NCBI GenBank assembly: GCA_910588005.1
Contig: CAJUQM010000001.1
Location: 6,158 to 70,157, forward strand
Direction: 5' to 3'
Length of the DNA stretch: 64,000 bases
From: an uncultured Oscillibacter sp.
Lineage (GTDB): Bacteria > Bacillota > Clostridia > Oscillospirales > Oscillospiraceae
Shown here in pieces: positions 26,092 through 36,119 of the stretch. The translations under genes and the position numbers were made by a program. Numbering within the stretch: the stretch's first letter is position 1; each line of letters begins with the position of its first letter. Under the pieces are notes generated by a model. It saw only the letters and a list, made by a program, of their open reading frames with translations. It was not told the DNA's origin and made no database searches.

Positions 26092-28557
26092 TCACTCCAG
26101 TCCGTTGCAGTCCACAAAAATATGAAGTCCGCGGTTTTCGCGGTTGTTGGCAAATTCTTTCAAAACCCAGCTCACCAGTTCCCGAGTGGGCTTGTCGTTC
26201 TTGCCCACCCAAAGCACTCGATAGCGATAACGGTTATTCACTTTTACCACCGGCGCGGGCGCGGGACCTAGGACTTCTGGCCGGCTGTCCTCCGGCAGTG
26301 CAGCTCCCATGGCCTTTAGATTTTCCCGCAGGACCGCTGCTGCCCGCAGGACGCCGCCCTCCTCCACTCCGGAAATCGAAAAAGTGAAAAAATCTGCAAA
26401 AGGCGGATAGCGGCGCATCCGGCGGATTCGGATCTCACTCTCATAAAAGCTCTCATAGTCCTGCCGGGCAGCGCTCTGAATCACGTCGTTTTCCGGCGTA
26501 TAGGTCTGTATAACGGCTCTGCCCTCTCGGCCGCCTCGGCCTGCACGGCCCACTACCTGGGTCAGCAGGCTGAAAGTCCGCTCCGCAGCCCGGTAATTAT
26601 CCACATACAAAGACAGGTCAGCGGATAAAACCCCCACCAGCGTCACATTCTCAAAATCCAGCCCCTTGGCCACCATCTGTGTTCCCAGAAGGATCGAAAT
26701 CCTCTCCCGTTCAAATTGGGTAAGAATTTTCTCATGCCGTCCGGAGGCGGTGTCCGCATCCATTCGCAGAATTCCAGCCTCCGGAAATAACTCTCTCAGC
26801 TCCTCTTCCACTCGCTGTGTGCCGGCGCCCACGTGCTTCATCGTACCGCCGCACATGGGACAGGCACCGCTTATCTGCTGGGAGTGGCCGCAGTAGTGAC
26901 ACATCAGCCGCCCATTTGCCGAGTGATAGGTCATTGCCGCACTGCACCGGGGGCACTCCGGCACATATCCGCATTCTCCGCACAGTAACAGACGGCTATT
27001 CCCCCGTCGATTCAAAAAAAGGATGCTCTGCTCCCCCCGGGAAAGGTTTTGCTCCAATTCCCGGCGCAGAACGCCTCCAATCAGGCCGGGATTACCGGCG
27101 CGGATCTCCTCCCGGAGATCCGCCACCAACACTTTCGGCAAACTCTGCCGGTTATACCGCCGGCGCAGCAGCGCCCTGTGATAGACGCCGCTCTCCGCCG
27201 TCCAGACGGTTTCCACCGACGGCGTGGCGGATCCCAGCAACAGTGTGGCCCGATGGCGGCCGCAGAGGTATTTTGCCACATCCCGCGCGTGATATCGAGG
27301 TGAATTTTCCGATTGGTAGCTGCTCTCCTGCTCTTCATCCAAAATAATGAGACCCAAGTTTTTCAACGGCGCAAAAACGGCGGACCGCGTACCCAGCACC
27401 ACCTGAACTTCTCCCCGGCGGATCCGCTTCCACTGGTCATAGCGCTCGGTCATACGCAGACCGCTGTGGAGCATAGCGGCCCGGTCTCCAAAATAAGAGG
27501 AAAATTTTCGCATCATTTGGGGCGTCAGCGCAATCTCCGGCACCAGTACCATAGCGTTTTTTCCCCGCGCCAGCATTTCCTGTACCAATCGCAGGTAAAT
27601 TTGGGTCTTGCCGCTGCCGGTAACCCCTTGCAGCAGCACCGCCTCCGCCGAAGGCCGCTCTGTTAAAGACAGAATCTGGTCAAAAGCCGCCTGCTGCTCT
27701 TCATTTAAAACAATAGCCGTCCCCGGCTCGATCTGCTGAGGCACGGTAATCCGCAGCGCCTCTTCCTCCGAAAAGGCCACCAAGCCTCTTTTTTCAAGCC
27801 CACGCAGTGTCTGCATAGACGCACCGGTAAAGTAACATACATCGGCGGCGGAGACCCTCCCCGCAGAGGCCAGAAGTCTAACCGCCTCATATCGCTGAGG
27901 CGCGGAATGCCGTTTTGCCTCAACCGCCGCCAATGCCTCTTCCGCGGGGACGGCTAACTCCGCCATGCGGCGGGACCGGTCTCCAATCTTCCGCTTTGCT
28001 GCAGTTTCACAGACAACCACACCGGCTTTTTGGAGTTTGCGCATCACCGACTCCGCCTGTTCGCCGCAGCTGGCCCGCAGCATCTCACGACTGATGCTGC
28101 CGCCGTTTGCGTACAGCATGTCCAGCACTGGAATTGCCTGCTTCACAGAGAGCGCCATGCCGTCAGCTGTCAGCCGGTCCATCTGCGGGTCCGCCAATTT
28201 CCAGATCTCCTGGAATTGATACCACAGCCCGGCAGGCAAAATGGTCTTCACCGCCTCAAACAGAGTGCAAAAATACCGCTGCCGCATCCATAGAGAAAGC
28301 TCGATTCCCGCCCGGTCCAAAACGGGTTCCCGGTCCAAAACCGCTGTCAACAGCTTTAGATTTTTCTGCCGCTCTCCCTTGCCGCAGGCCAAAATCAGCC
28401 CTTCGGAGCGCCGGTTTCCGCGGCCAAAGGGAACGGTTACCCGTACGCCGGGAACCGCCGCCTCCCTCATTGCCTCCGGCACCAAATAGTCATAGGGCTT
28501 ATCTATGGCGTAAGGGGCGGCACCGACCGCGACCTTACAAATCACAACGGTCTCCAT
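26092..28557 (-). CDS. priA: primosomal replication restart helicase PriA
   Basis: ORF 26092..28662, trimmed to METVVICKVAV at 28557. Walker A GVTGSGKT, DEEQ box and the Cys-rich insertion CGECGYVPECPRCSAAMTYH...CHYCGH...CPMCG. Confidence 0.9.
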   Translation of the reverse strand: METVVICKVAVGAAPYAIDKPYDYLVPEAMREAAVPGVRVTVPFGRGNRRSEGLILACGKGERQKNLKLLTAVLDREPVLDRAGIELSLWMRQRYFCTLFEAVKTILPAGLWYQFQEIWKLADPQMDRLTADGMALSVKQAIPVLDMLYANGGSISREMLRASCGEQAESVMRKLQKAGVVVCETAAKRKIGDRSRRMAELAVPAEEALAAVEAKRHSAPQRYEAVRLLASAGRVSAADVCYFTGASMQTLRGLEKRGLVAFSEEEALRITVPQQIEPGTAIVLNEEQQAAFDQILSLTERPSAEAVLLQGVTGSGKTQIYLRLVQEMLARGKNAMVLVPEIALTPQMMRKFSSYFGDRAAMLHSGLRMTERYDQWKRIRRGEVQVVLGTRSAVFAPLKNLGLIILDEEQESSYQSENSPRYHARDVAKYLCGRHRATLLLGSATPSVETVWTAESGVYHRALLRRRYNRQSLPKVLVADLREEIRAGNPGLIGGVLRRELEQNLSRGEQSILFLNRRGNSRLLLCGECGYVPECPRCSAAMTYHSANGRLMCHYCGHSQQISGACPMCGGTMKHVGAGTQRVEEELRELFPEAGILRMDADTASGRHEKILTQFERERISILLGTQMVAKGLDFENVTLVGVLSADLSLYVDNYRAAERTFSLLTQVVGRAGRGGREGRAVIQTYTPENDVIQSAARQDYESFYESEIRIRRMRRYPPFADFFTFSISGVEEGGVLRAAAVLRENLKAMGAALPEDSRPEVLGPAPAPVVKVNNRYRYRVLWVGKNDKPTRELVSWVLKEFANNRENRGLHIFVDCNGLE

Positions 28558-28585
28558 GCCCCGCCCCCCTTTGCCTGTCCACACC

Positions 28586-28807
28586 TCAGTCCGCGCTGTC
28601 CTCCGCCGCCGGTTCCACACTGCCGGGGTCCAGCCGGCCCTCCGCCACCTCGTTAATGGCAAGAGTCACCGGCTTCTCATCCAGGGGTTCTCCGGCCTCT
28701 TCGGCGGCCTCGGCAATCTGGCGAGCTCTCCGGGCCACCACATTGACCAGCATATAGCGGTTAGGCACATAACTTGTCAGCTTGTTCATCGCAGGATACA
28801 GCATCAT
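28586..28807 (-). CDS. rpoZ: DNA-directed RNA polymerase subunit omega
   Basis: 73 aa. NRYMLVNVVARRARQI motif. Confidence 0.85.
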   Translation of the reverse strand: MMLYPAMNKLTSYVPNRYMLVNVVARRARQIAEAAEEAGEPLDEKPVTLAINEVAEGRLDPGSVEPAAEDSAD

Positions 28808-28880
28808 AATATTCTACTTCCATTCTGCCAAATAAGGCTTAAATATTTTGCCGGAAATTGCCGTCATTGCGGGATTTCTC

Positions 28881-29477
28881 TCAATTTCCATTGATAATTT
28901 CCATACGCTCCCTGGATTTGCAGTGTTCTGCGGTCATAATCGCATCCAACTCTGCGGCGGCGTTCTCCAGCGTATCGTTAATCACAAAGTAGTGATAGGC
29001 ATCCGCCGTCTGACACTCAACCTTTGCCCGCAGCAGCCGCTTTTGAATTTTCTCCGGGCTATCGGTTCCGCGGAGCGTCAACCGGCGCTCCAACTCCTCC
29101 CAGCTAGGGGGAGCGATAAAGATCAGAATGGCCTCCGGGCGCTTTGCCGCGACCTGAAGCGCCCCCTGGACATCAATCTCTAAGATCACATCCCGGCCCG
29201 CTTCCATCGCGGTGTCCACAAACTCCTTGGGCGTACCATAGAAATTGCCCACATATTCCGCATATTCCAAAAACTCGTCTCTGGCAATCCGTTGGCGGAA
29301 GGTCTCCACATCCAAAAAATGATAGTGTACGCCGTCCTCCTCACCGGGCCGCTGGGGCCGGGTGGTGGCAGATACCGACACGTAGATATGCTTCCTCTTC
29401 TCCAGCAAAACACGCAGAACACTGCCTTTACCTACCCCTGACGGGCCAGAGATAATAAAGGTTTTTCCTCTGTTCAT
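28881..29477 (-). CDS. gmk: guanylate kinase
   Basis: [10 protein letters not shown]-loop and [19 protein letters not shown] motif. Confidence 0.95.
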   Translation of the reverse strand: MNRGKTFIISGPSGVGKGSVLRVLLEKRKHIYVSVSATTRPQRPGEEDGVHYHFLDVETFRQRIARDEFLEYAEYVGNFYGTPKEFVDTAMEAGRDVILEIDVQGALQVAAKRPEAILIFIAPPSWEELERRLTLRGTDSPEKIQKRLLRAKVECQTADAYHYFVINDTLENAAAELDAIMTAEHCKSRERMEIINGN

Positions 29478-29728
29478 ATGCGCCCACTCCCCTCCGTATT
29501 CTCCGCTTCCGCCCCGAATTTCTCCGGCGGCAGGGCTGATAAAATCACATGGCCGCTGTCCATCACAAAGACGGAGGCGGTCTTCCGCCCATAGGTGGCG
29601 TCAATCAGCAGCCCACGCTCCCGGGTCTCCTGCACCATACGCTTTACTGGGGCGGAATCCGGACTGACAATGGCAACCAGCCGGTCTTTGGAGACCAAAT
29701 TCCCAAATCCGATATTGACCAGCGTCAT
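29474..29728 (-). CDS. remA: RemA/DUF370-family regulator
   Basis: 84 aa. [10 protein letters not shown]...[31 protein letters not shown] closely resembles B. subtilis RemA as recalled. Confidence 0.85.
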   Translation of the reverse strand: MTLVNIGFGNLVSKDRLVAIVSPDSAPVKRMVQETRERGLLIDATYGRKTASVFVMDSGHVILSALPPEKFGAEAENTEGSGRI

Positions 29729-29731
29729 AAC

Positions 29732-30613
29732 TCACTCCACATTCTGGACCTGCTCGCGCATCTTCTCCACCTCGGCTTTAAGGCCCACAACCACCTGCGC
29801 AATTTCCACATCATTACACTTAGAGCCAATGGTGTTGGACTCCCGGTTGACCTCCTGGATCAAAAAGTCCATTTTTCGCCCCATGGGTTCATCGGACTCC
29901 AGCATGGAACGGAGCTGACTCACATGGCTGCGCAGGCGGACCGTCTCTTCATCTACTGCCACTTTATCGGCATAAATCGCCGCTTCGGTTAAAATCCGCT
30001 GCTCATCCACCGTCGTGCTTTGCAGCACCTCCTGCATCCTGGCGGTGAGCTTCCGCCGGTACTCTGCCACCGTATCCGGAGAGCGGGCTTCCACATGGCC
30101 GGTATAGGTGAGAATATTGTCCAAACGGTTCCCGATATCCTCCGCCAGTTTTCTTCCCTCCACTGCCCGCATGGTGTTATAAGCCACCAGAGCCTCTTCC
30201 AACACGGCACACAGATCCCCGCTGACCACATCCAGCTCCTCGTCCGCTTTGGTAACGTTGAGAACGTCCGGAAACCGGGCCAGCTGATCCGGCGTAACCT
30301 TGTAGGCCGCAGAGCCGCAGACTTCCGCCAGAACATCCAGGGCGGCGGCGTATTGGGCCGCCAATTCACGATTGACCTCGACCTTTGCCACATCGGCAGC
30401 GGAGGCGTCCACACTGATCAACACATCCACCTTTCCCCGAGAGACAGATTTTTGGACGCATTGCTTCACAGCGTCCTCGGCAAAGACATACATCCGGGGC
30501 ATCTTCACCGTACAATCCAAATAGCGGTTATTGACAGAACGGACCTCCACGGTAATATCCCGCTTGTGCAGCTCCCGCCGCGCCCGGCCATAGCCGGTCA
30601 TGCTCTTGATCAA
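29732..30613 (-). CDS. yicC: YicC/YloC-family protein
   Basis: 293 aa with TTG start. MIKSMTGYG N-terminus and DF(L)IQE(V)NRE(S)NTIGSK C-terminal motif. Confidence 0.85.
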   Translation of the reverse strand: MIKSMTGYGRARRELHKRDITVEVRSVNNRYLDCTVKMPRMYVFAEDAVKQCVQKSVSRGKVDVLISVDASAADVAKVEVNRELAAQYAAALDVLAEVCGSAAYKVTPDQLARFPDVLNVTKADEELDVVSGDLCAVLEEALVAYNTMRAVEGRKLAEDIGNRLDNILTYTGHVEARSPDTVAEYRRKLTARMQEVLQSTTVDEQRILTEAAIYADKVAVDEETVRLRSHVSQLRSMLESDEPMGRKMDFLIQEVNRESNTIGSKCNDVEIAQVVVGLKAEVEKMREQVQNVE

Positions 30614-30658
30614 ACTAGCTCCCTCCCTATTTCAGCGTCCGCGCATGCCGTCCCCATA

Positions 30659-31291
30659 TCAGCAGCAGCAAAGCCAGAATCCGCCGCCGTTGCAGAGTGT
30701 ATAAAGGCAGCACAATTGCCAGCAGAGACTTCCGCCGGGACAGGCCTCTGTCCCAAAGGGGCCGCCTCCGGGCCGGTAGGCGCCCCGGGGACCGCTGGCC
30801 ATAAAAGTCAGTGCCTGGCGGTATTCCATATTGCCCGGTTCCATCTGGCAGGCGGTCTCATAATACCGTTTGGCCTCGTCCATCCAACCCCTGCGGTAGC
30901 AGACTACGCCTTTGAGAAAATTCCACTCGGCGTTATGATCGCCGTAATTGGCCAGCAAGGCCTCCGCCCGGCTTAAATCGCCGCTGTTCACCGCCATGCG
31001 CGCCTGCTGGAGTACAGAGGATGTGGAAGAACCGGAGCTTCGGTACTGCCGCTGTCCTCCTCCGTCCCCGTAACCGCTATACCCGCCGCCGGAGCGTCCG
31101 CCGCTGCGCTCCTTTGTAATCTGCTCATATGCGGCGTTGATCTCCTTCATCCGCTCCTGCGCCAGATCTGCCAAAGGATTGTCGTGGTAGTTGTCCGGAT
31201 GGTACTTTCGGGCCAAGTCCCGGTAGGCTTTTTTAATTTCTTCGTCAGACGCGTTCGCGGAAACGCCTAAAACCTGATAGGGATCATTCAT
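30659..31291 (-). CDS. J-domain protein with Gly-rich linker, TPR-like segment and a C-terminal cysteine string
   Basis: 210 aa. DPYQVLGV...[14 protein letters not shown] (HPD motif). C-terminus [28 protein letters not shown]. Confidence 0.8.
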   Translation of the reverse strand: MNDPYQVLGVSANASDEEIKKAYRDLARKYHPDNYHDNPLADLAQERMKEINAAYEQITKERSGGRSGGGYSGYGDGGGQRQYRSSGSSTSSVLQQARMAVNSGDLSRAEALLANYGDHNAEWNFLKGVVCYRRGWMDEAKRYYETACQMEPGNMEYRQALTFMASGPRGAYRPGGGPFGTEACPGGSLCWQLCCLYTLCNGGGFWLCCC

Positions 31292-32193
31292 GTGGTTTCC
31301 TCTTCATTCTTGTGATTCTGTCTAATTCTGCCCCGTCCCGCCGCCTGAAACTCGCCGTCCAGCACAGCTTTTCCTACCTGAAACAGGCCAGTGTACAGGG
31401 TACACTCCAAAAGCGGCGTCCATACGCCGAAATCCCACAACTCAAAAGCGGTTGCCATCATATGGATCGAATGGTCCAGCGTCGCGGCAAACTCCCGGCG
31501 CGCATCTGCCGTCCATACTCCCTCTGCAAGGCCAAAACGCAGTGCCACAGGATTATAGTTCCCAGAACGAATGTCCCTCTTCAAATCGTCCGCCGCGTCT
31601 ACCAGGTAGACCCACCGTCCCAAATGATAGAGCATCTGCTCCAGCACCCGCCGCTGGAGAGGATCGCCCACCTCCTGGGCCGCCGCCGCCAGCAGTACCG
31701 CAAAGGCGTCCGCCGCGCGGTCAATCGAGGGACTCCGATCCTTCTCCAGGCGCTGCAGCTGTTCCAGCTGACAGCGGGTTTTTTCATCAAAAGCGGGCCG
31801 GAACGCCGCCGCCTTACAATAGGCCGGTTCTAAAATTTTAGATACGGCCCGGTATTTTAATCCGTGAAACCAATCGTGGTCCTCCACACCGTCGCGCAGC
31901 TGCCAATAGGCCAGGATTACGCTCTCATCCGCCGCCAGCTCCAGTGCCGCCCCGGACGGTTGAAACTCCCGCTTCCGAAAAGGACTGACAAGACACCTGG
32001 CCCGGTCCACATTGCGCGCTTCCCGCTCTGACAGTATGATTGCCAAAAAGGTAAAGTCGTAGTTGAGGATAAACCGGGCCTCCGGTCCATACCGCCTGCC
32101 CAGCGCATGACACAGGCCGCAGTAGATCCGGCGGAACCGCTCGACCTCCTCGGCCGGCAGCATGTCCAGAGGCGGCCTAACATATCCGTACAT
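31288..32193 (-). CDS. DUF5685-family protein (function unknown)
   Basis: 301 aa. The N-terminus [36 protein letters not shown]...[12 protein letters not shown] matches the DUF5685 N-terminal pattern from memory. ATGA overlap with the J-domain gene. Confidence 0.65.
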   Translation of the reverse strand: MYGYVRPPLDMLPAEEVERFRRIYCGLCHALGRRYGPEARFILNYDFTFLAIILSEREARNVDRARCLVSPFRKREFQPSGAALELAADESVILAYWQLRDGVEDHDWFHGLKYRAVSKILEPAYCKAAAFRPAFDEKTRCQLEQLQRLEKDRSPSIDRAADAFAVLLAAAAQEVGDPLQRRVLEQMLYHLGRWVYLVDAADDLKRDIRSGNYNPVALRFGLAEGVWTADARREFAATLDHSIHMMATAFELWDFGVWTPLLECTLYTGLFQVGKAVLDGEFQAAGRGRIRQNHKNEEETT

Positions 32194-32603
32194 CAGAACA
32201 GCCGGACAATTTGAAAGGAGAGGCCACCCTGGGTCCGCAGGCGGCGGTCATAGAAAACCGCCAATAAAATACCCGCCGCAAAACCGATTCCGGCAGTCAC
32301 ATACTGCACAACCACATTGGCCGTCACGGCCATCGTGACAAAGTATCCCACAAAAAACAGCAGCACCGGTATGAGATATACCAAAACCACGATATGCAGC
32401 ATTTTGCCGGTATCGCTTTGCACCACCACCTTTTGCCCGGGCCGCGCGCCAATGGGATTGAGCGCTCGGGCATGAACCGCCGCTCCGGTGACGCCGCAGC
32501 CGGCGCACTCCTCGCAATCATGTCCACAGGCGGATTTGCGGGGCACGGAGATTTCCGCGTGGTTCTCGTCAAGGATTCGCTCCACCGTCGCAATCTGTGT
32601 CAT
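32193..32603 (-). CDS. RseC/MucC (SoxR-reducing system) family membrane protein
   Basis: 136 aa. An N-terminal soluble part with CGHDCEECAGCG, followed by two TM helices. Confidence 0.7.
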   Translation of the reverse strand: MTQIATVERILDENHAEISVPRKSACGHDCEECAGCGVTGAAVHARALNPIGARPGQKVVVQSDTGKMLHIVVLVYLIPVLLFFVGYFVTMAVTANVVVQYVTAGIGFAAGILLAVFYDRRLRTQGGLSFQIVRLF

Positions 32604-32606
32604 AAC

Positions 32607-33923
32607 TCATTCTCCTGCCTCTCCGCTCTCATCAGGATTCATAACGGGCACCTGGTCATCCGGAATCTCCGGCTCATCCCCCGGCTCCCGAATCGCCACT
32701 TGGATCTCATAGGTCCCAGCGATTCCAATGTCACCGCCGGAGTCAATCTCCACAACAGCCGGAACGGTATAACTCCCCAGAGCGGAACTGTAGTCGCTGA
32801 GGTCCGCCACCAGGGTGATATTTTCACCGGTGACGGCATCCACATCCGCCTCGGTGCCGAAAATAGAAACCACCGTCTCCGGCGTCTGCACCTCCAGGTT
32901 CTTTCCCTCCGGAGCATTTTCAAACCGGATCCGGTCCGTAACCACACTGGCTGAGGTCTTGTCCGGATAGGAGATCGTCAGCGTGGAGCGGGTAACGCCG
33001 CTCAGGTTTGTGCATCCGTCCGGAACAGTAATCCCATAGGTGTGGGTACTCTCCGTATTCCCCACAGACAACAGGTCAAAATCCCCCAAGACAATCGTCT
33101 CCCTGTCCCGCAGCGTCTCCGCCGGCCCGGAGACCATGATGGTTCCCGGGTCCAGCACATGCTTCATATTCCGAATCCGGGCGCCGGGGGCATCAATATA
33201 GTTCATAGTGAGCCGCAGCTCTTTTGTGACAAATACCGGCAGGGATACCTGCACCTTCTCCACAGTGGTGCGGATCCCGGCGCCCTCCAGCACCTCGCCG
33301 TCCTCCGCGTAGTACTGCACATTCAACGTTTCGGAAACGCTGCCCGTGGCGCTGCCGATATCCAGCTTCACTTTGGCATAGGCCACCCGGTCAATGATCT
33401 CCTGCTGTCCCCAAATCTCAATACTGCTGTGGGACATCTGGAGTTGTCCCGCATTGTAGCCCTCCGCTACATTGCCCACCAACTCGCATTTGACTTCCAC
33501 GTTCTTGCTGTAAAGCTCATTGATATTTACCGTCGCCATAGAGATGCTCCGCTCAGTCACCTGCACCTGGTTGTAAAACTGCGGAACAACCGAGACCTGA
33601 GTGGATACCCGCTGTTCACCTGGGGCGGTAATATCCCGTAAATCCACCAAAACCCGAATGCTGGTGTTGTCCATACCGGCAACCGTTCCGCGCTTTCCCT
33701 GGACGGTAACATCCATAGTGGTATCCGTTCCCTCGTCCATCAGCATCAGTCCCCGGTCCGCAAGAACAGTGTCCTGCCCCATATACGTGATGGGGATCTC
33801 CGCAATCTCCACTTCCACAGTCCGGCCGCTGGTCTCATCCACATAAAACCAGATCATCACGGCTACACAGAAAGCCAGCAGGAGATACAACACCTTGCGC
33901 ATACCGGCGTTCTTATTCTCCAT
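32607..33923 (-). CDS. cdaR: YbbR-domain protein, CdaA regulator
   Basis: ORF 32607..34016, trimmed to MENKNAGMRKVLYLLLAF (GGAGGTG RBS, 11-nt overlap with cdaA). One TM segment plus repeated YbbR-like beta domains. Confidence 0.8.
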   Translation of the reverse strand: MENKNAGMRKVLYLLLAFCVAVMIWFYVDETSGRTVEVEIAEIPITYMGQDTVLADRGLMLMDEGTDTTMDVTVQGKRGTVAGMDNTSIRVLVDLRDITAPGEQRVSTQVSVVPQFYNQVQVTERSISMATVNINELYSKNVEVKCELVGNVAEGYNAGQLQMSHSSIEIWGQQEIIDRVAYAKVKLDIGSATGSVSETLNVQYYAEDGEVLEGAGIRTTVEKVQVSLPVFVTKELRLTMNYIDAPGARIRNMKHVLDPGTIMVSGPAETLRDRETIVLGDFDLLSVGNTESTHTYGITVPDGCTNLSGVTRSTLTISYPDKTSASVVTDRIRFENAPEGKNLEVQTPETVVSIFGTEADVDAVTGENITLVADLSDYSSALGSYTVPAVVEIDSGGDIGIAGTYEIQVAIREPGDEPEIPDDQVPVMNPDESGEAGE

Positions 33924-34797
33924 CGTCCGCACCTCCGTTCCCCCGGCCCTGCAGCAGCCGCAGCAGATTGAACTTCTGCTTTGCCCCGTCGGTCTCCTCC
34001 TGGGGCAGCAGCTCATTACGCAGCAGGTTTTCCAGCGTCTCCGGCTTCAAATGGCGCTTCAGCATCCCGCCGATCGCCACGGAGATGGACCCCGTTTCCT
34101 CCGAGACGATGACCACCACCGCGTCAGAGTTCTCGCTCATGCCAATGCCGGCCCGGTGGCGCATTCCCAAATCCCGGCTCAGATTCACATTTTTACTCAG
34201 CGGAAGCATGCAGCCCGCGCCCAGCACCCGTCCATGACGGACGATCACAGCTCCATCGTGCATGGGAGCTTTGACAAAGAAGATGTTTTTCAGGAGTTCG
34301 CTGGAAACGGAGGCGTCCAGCACCGTGCCGCTGCGGACTAAATCGTCCAGCATGATCTCCCGCTCGAATACAATCAGCGCTCCTGTACGGCTCTGGGACA
34401 TCTCCGTACAGGCCAGCACCGTCTGGCTGATCGTCTGGTCCATCACGTTTCCCGCCTCGCTGTGGCTGAAAAACGCAATGATGCGGCGGCTGCCCATCTG
34501 CTCCAAAATCCGGCGGATCTCCGGCTGAAACAGGATGATCAGCGCCAGCACGCCCCATTCCATCATCTTGCTCAGCATGTAGTAGATCCCTTTGAGCTGG
34601 CAAAAATAGGACAACGCCAGCATGATAAAAAAGACCAGCAGCCCCTTCAGCAAGCTGGCGGCTTTCGTGCTGCGCACCAAGGCCAGCACCTTGTACAGCA
34701 AAAACGCCATAATGACGATATCCAGCACATCGGTGATCTGGAGGGTCAGCAGATACCTGCCGGCAAAAGCGGGAATCTGTGAAAGCTTCGGTTCCAT
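33913..34797 (-). CDS. cdaA: diadenylate cyclase CdaA (c-di-AMP synthase)
   Basis: 294 aa. Three N-terminal TM segments and a DAC domain with motifs GALIVFERE, DGAVIV and RHRAGIGMSE. Confidence 0.92.
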   Translation of the reverse strand: MEPKLSQIPAFAGRYLLTLQITDVLDIVIMAFLLYKVLALVRSTKAASLLKGLLVFFIMLALSYFCQLKGIYYMLSKMMEWGVLALIILFQPEIRRILEQMGSRRIIAFFSHSEAGNVMDQTISQTVLACTEMSQSRTGALIVFEREIMLDDLVRSGTVLDASVSSELLKNIFFVKAPMHDGAVIVRHGRVLGAGCMLPLSKNVNLSRDLGMRHRAGIGMSENSDAVVVIVSEETGSISVAIGGMLKRHLKPETLENLLRNELLPQEETDGAKQKFNLLRLLQGRGNGGADDGE

Positions 34798-34835
34798 ATT
34801 TGGGTCATCATCCCTTTCAGGCCATGAATATTTTA

Positions 34836-34864
34836 ATTATATAAAATATGCGGATAGATTGCAA
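34836..34864 (-). promoter_or_regulatory. sigma-A-type promoter of the cdaA operon
   Basis: Minus strand reads TTGCAA-17 nt-TATAAT. Confidence 0.5.
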
Positions 34865-34945
34865 GGCAAACTGGGGAAAAATTCACGGACTGTTCAGAAA
34901 ATTCCAGCATTTTCATGAGGAAGGGACAAAATATGGGATCCCCAA

Positions 34946-34974
34946 ATAAAAACCGCCTTCCGGCGGTTTTTATT
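34946..34974. terminator. bidirectional rho-independent terminator
   Basis: AAAAACCGCC-ttcc-GGCGGTTTTT, flanked by A and T runs. Confidence 0.75.
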
Positions 34975-34994
34975 TGGGCCTGCTCGGCACTGTA

Positions 34995-36119
34995 TCAGGC
35001 GAGGATTTTTCCCATAACCGACCGAAGCCGGGAGACTTCTTCCGGTGTGTTGAAGTCGGAAAAGCTGAGGCGGACGGTACCTCCCTCCAGCGTTCCGGCG
35101 GAGCGGTGCGCCAGGGGGGCGCAGTGAAGTCCCGCCCGTACGGCGATACCGCTCTCCGCCAAAGCCCGCCCAAGGGCCTCAACCTCCCATCCCTTCGCCG
35201 TAAAAGACAGTACGCCCGTCTGGGCGTGGAGGTCCGGCTGGGCATAGACTGTAATACCCGGCAGGACTTGCAGCTCTGCCGCCGCCATCTGGGTCAGCTG
35301 CCGCTCCCGGCGGCAGATTGCCTCCAATCCCCGTTTGCGGACATAGCGCACCCCTGCCAGCAGTCCGGCGATTCCAGGCATGTTATGAGTGCCCGCCTCC
35401 AGGCGGTCCGGCAGAAAATCCGGCATTTCCTGCCGGATGGAAAGGCTTCCGGTCCCTCCCTCCAGCAGGGTGCAGGGTCTAATCCCCTCCCCGCACAGCA
35501 GCACACCGGTGCCCTGAGGACCGTAAAGTCCCTTGTGCCCCGGCATGGCAACAAACGCCGCTCCCAGATCCGCCATGTTCAGCGGTAAGACCCCCGCGGC
35601 TTGAGCGTCATCAACGATCAAGGGGACTCCCCGCTCCCGGCATAGACCTGCCACGGCCTCCACCGGCTGAATAAATCCAAACACATTGGAGACATGGCTG
35701 CAGATCACCGCATCCACATTGTTGTCCACCAGTCTGGCAAATGACTCCACCACCGCCTCCGGACGGAATAGAGGCGCGTCCGCAACCATAACCGTTGCTC
35801 CCAAGGCCGCCAAAGGCCGGGTCACCGCATTGTGCTCATAACCGGAGATCACCACCCGTCCGCCGGGCGGTACAAGTGTTTTTATGGCGAGATTCAGCGC
35901 ATGTGTGGCGTTCATGGTAAAGACCACCTGCTCCGGATTATTCAGCCCGTATAGTTCCGCCAGTTCGCTCCGGCAATCGAAAGCGGCGTCGGCGGCAGCC
36001 ATGGCGGCGGGATAGCCGCCCCGGCCCGGGGAACTCATCGTTCGCAGAGCGCCCACCATCGCCGCCTCCACAGCAGGCGGCTTTTGGAAGGTGGTGGCCG
36101 CGCTGTCGAAATAGATCAT
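34995..36119 (-). CDS. class V aminotransferase-fold cysteine desulfurase / selenocysteine lyase-like enzyme
   Basis: 374 aa. PLP-lysine context MPGHKGLYGPQGTG. Shows general NifS/Csd-like features. Confidence 0.75.
   Translation of the reverse strand: MIYFDSAATTFQKPPAVEAAMVGALRTMSSPGRGGYPAAMAAADAAFDCRSELAELYGLNNPEQVVFTMNATHALNLAIKTLVPPGGRVVISGYEHNAVTRPLAALGATVMVADAPLFRPEAVVESFARLVDNNVDAVICSHVSNVFGFIQPVEAVAGLCRERGVPLIVDDAQAAGVLPLNMADLGAAFVAMPGHKGLYGPQGTGVLLCGEGIRPCTLLEGGTGSLSIRQEMPDFLPDRLEAGTHNMPGIAGLLAGVRYVRKRGLEAICRRERQLTQMAAAELQVLPGITVYAQPDLHAQTGVLSFTAKGWEVEALGRALAESGIAVRAGLHCAPLAHRSAGTLEGGTVRLSFSDFNTPEEVSRLRSVMGKILA

Noticed and set aside
28558-28662. N-terminal extensions in the ORF track. 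Examples are priA to 28662, cdaR to 34016, spoIVA to 13271, rlmN to 22617, the Zn peptidase to 24715, the GH25 gene to 56095, the oxidoreductase to 45039, carD to 38662 and plsY from 48473.
   Set aside because: The extensions are Arg/Trp/Cys-rich, overlap the upstream gene and lack an RBS. In each case an internal ATG with a GGAGG-type RBS gives the canonical family N-terminus.
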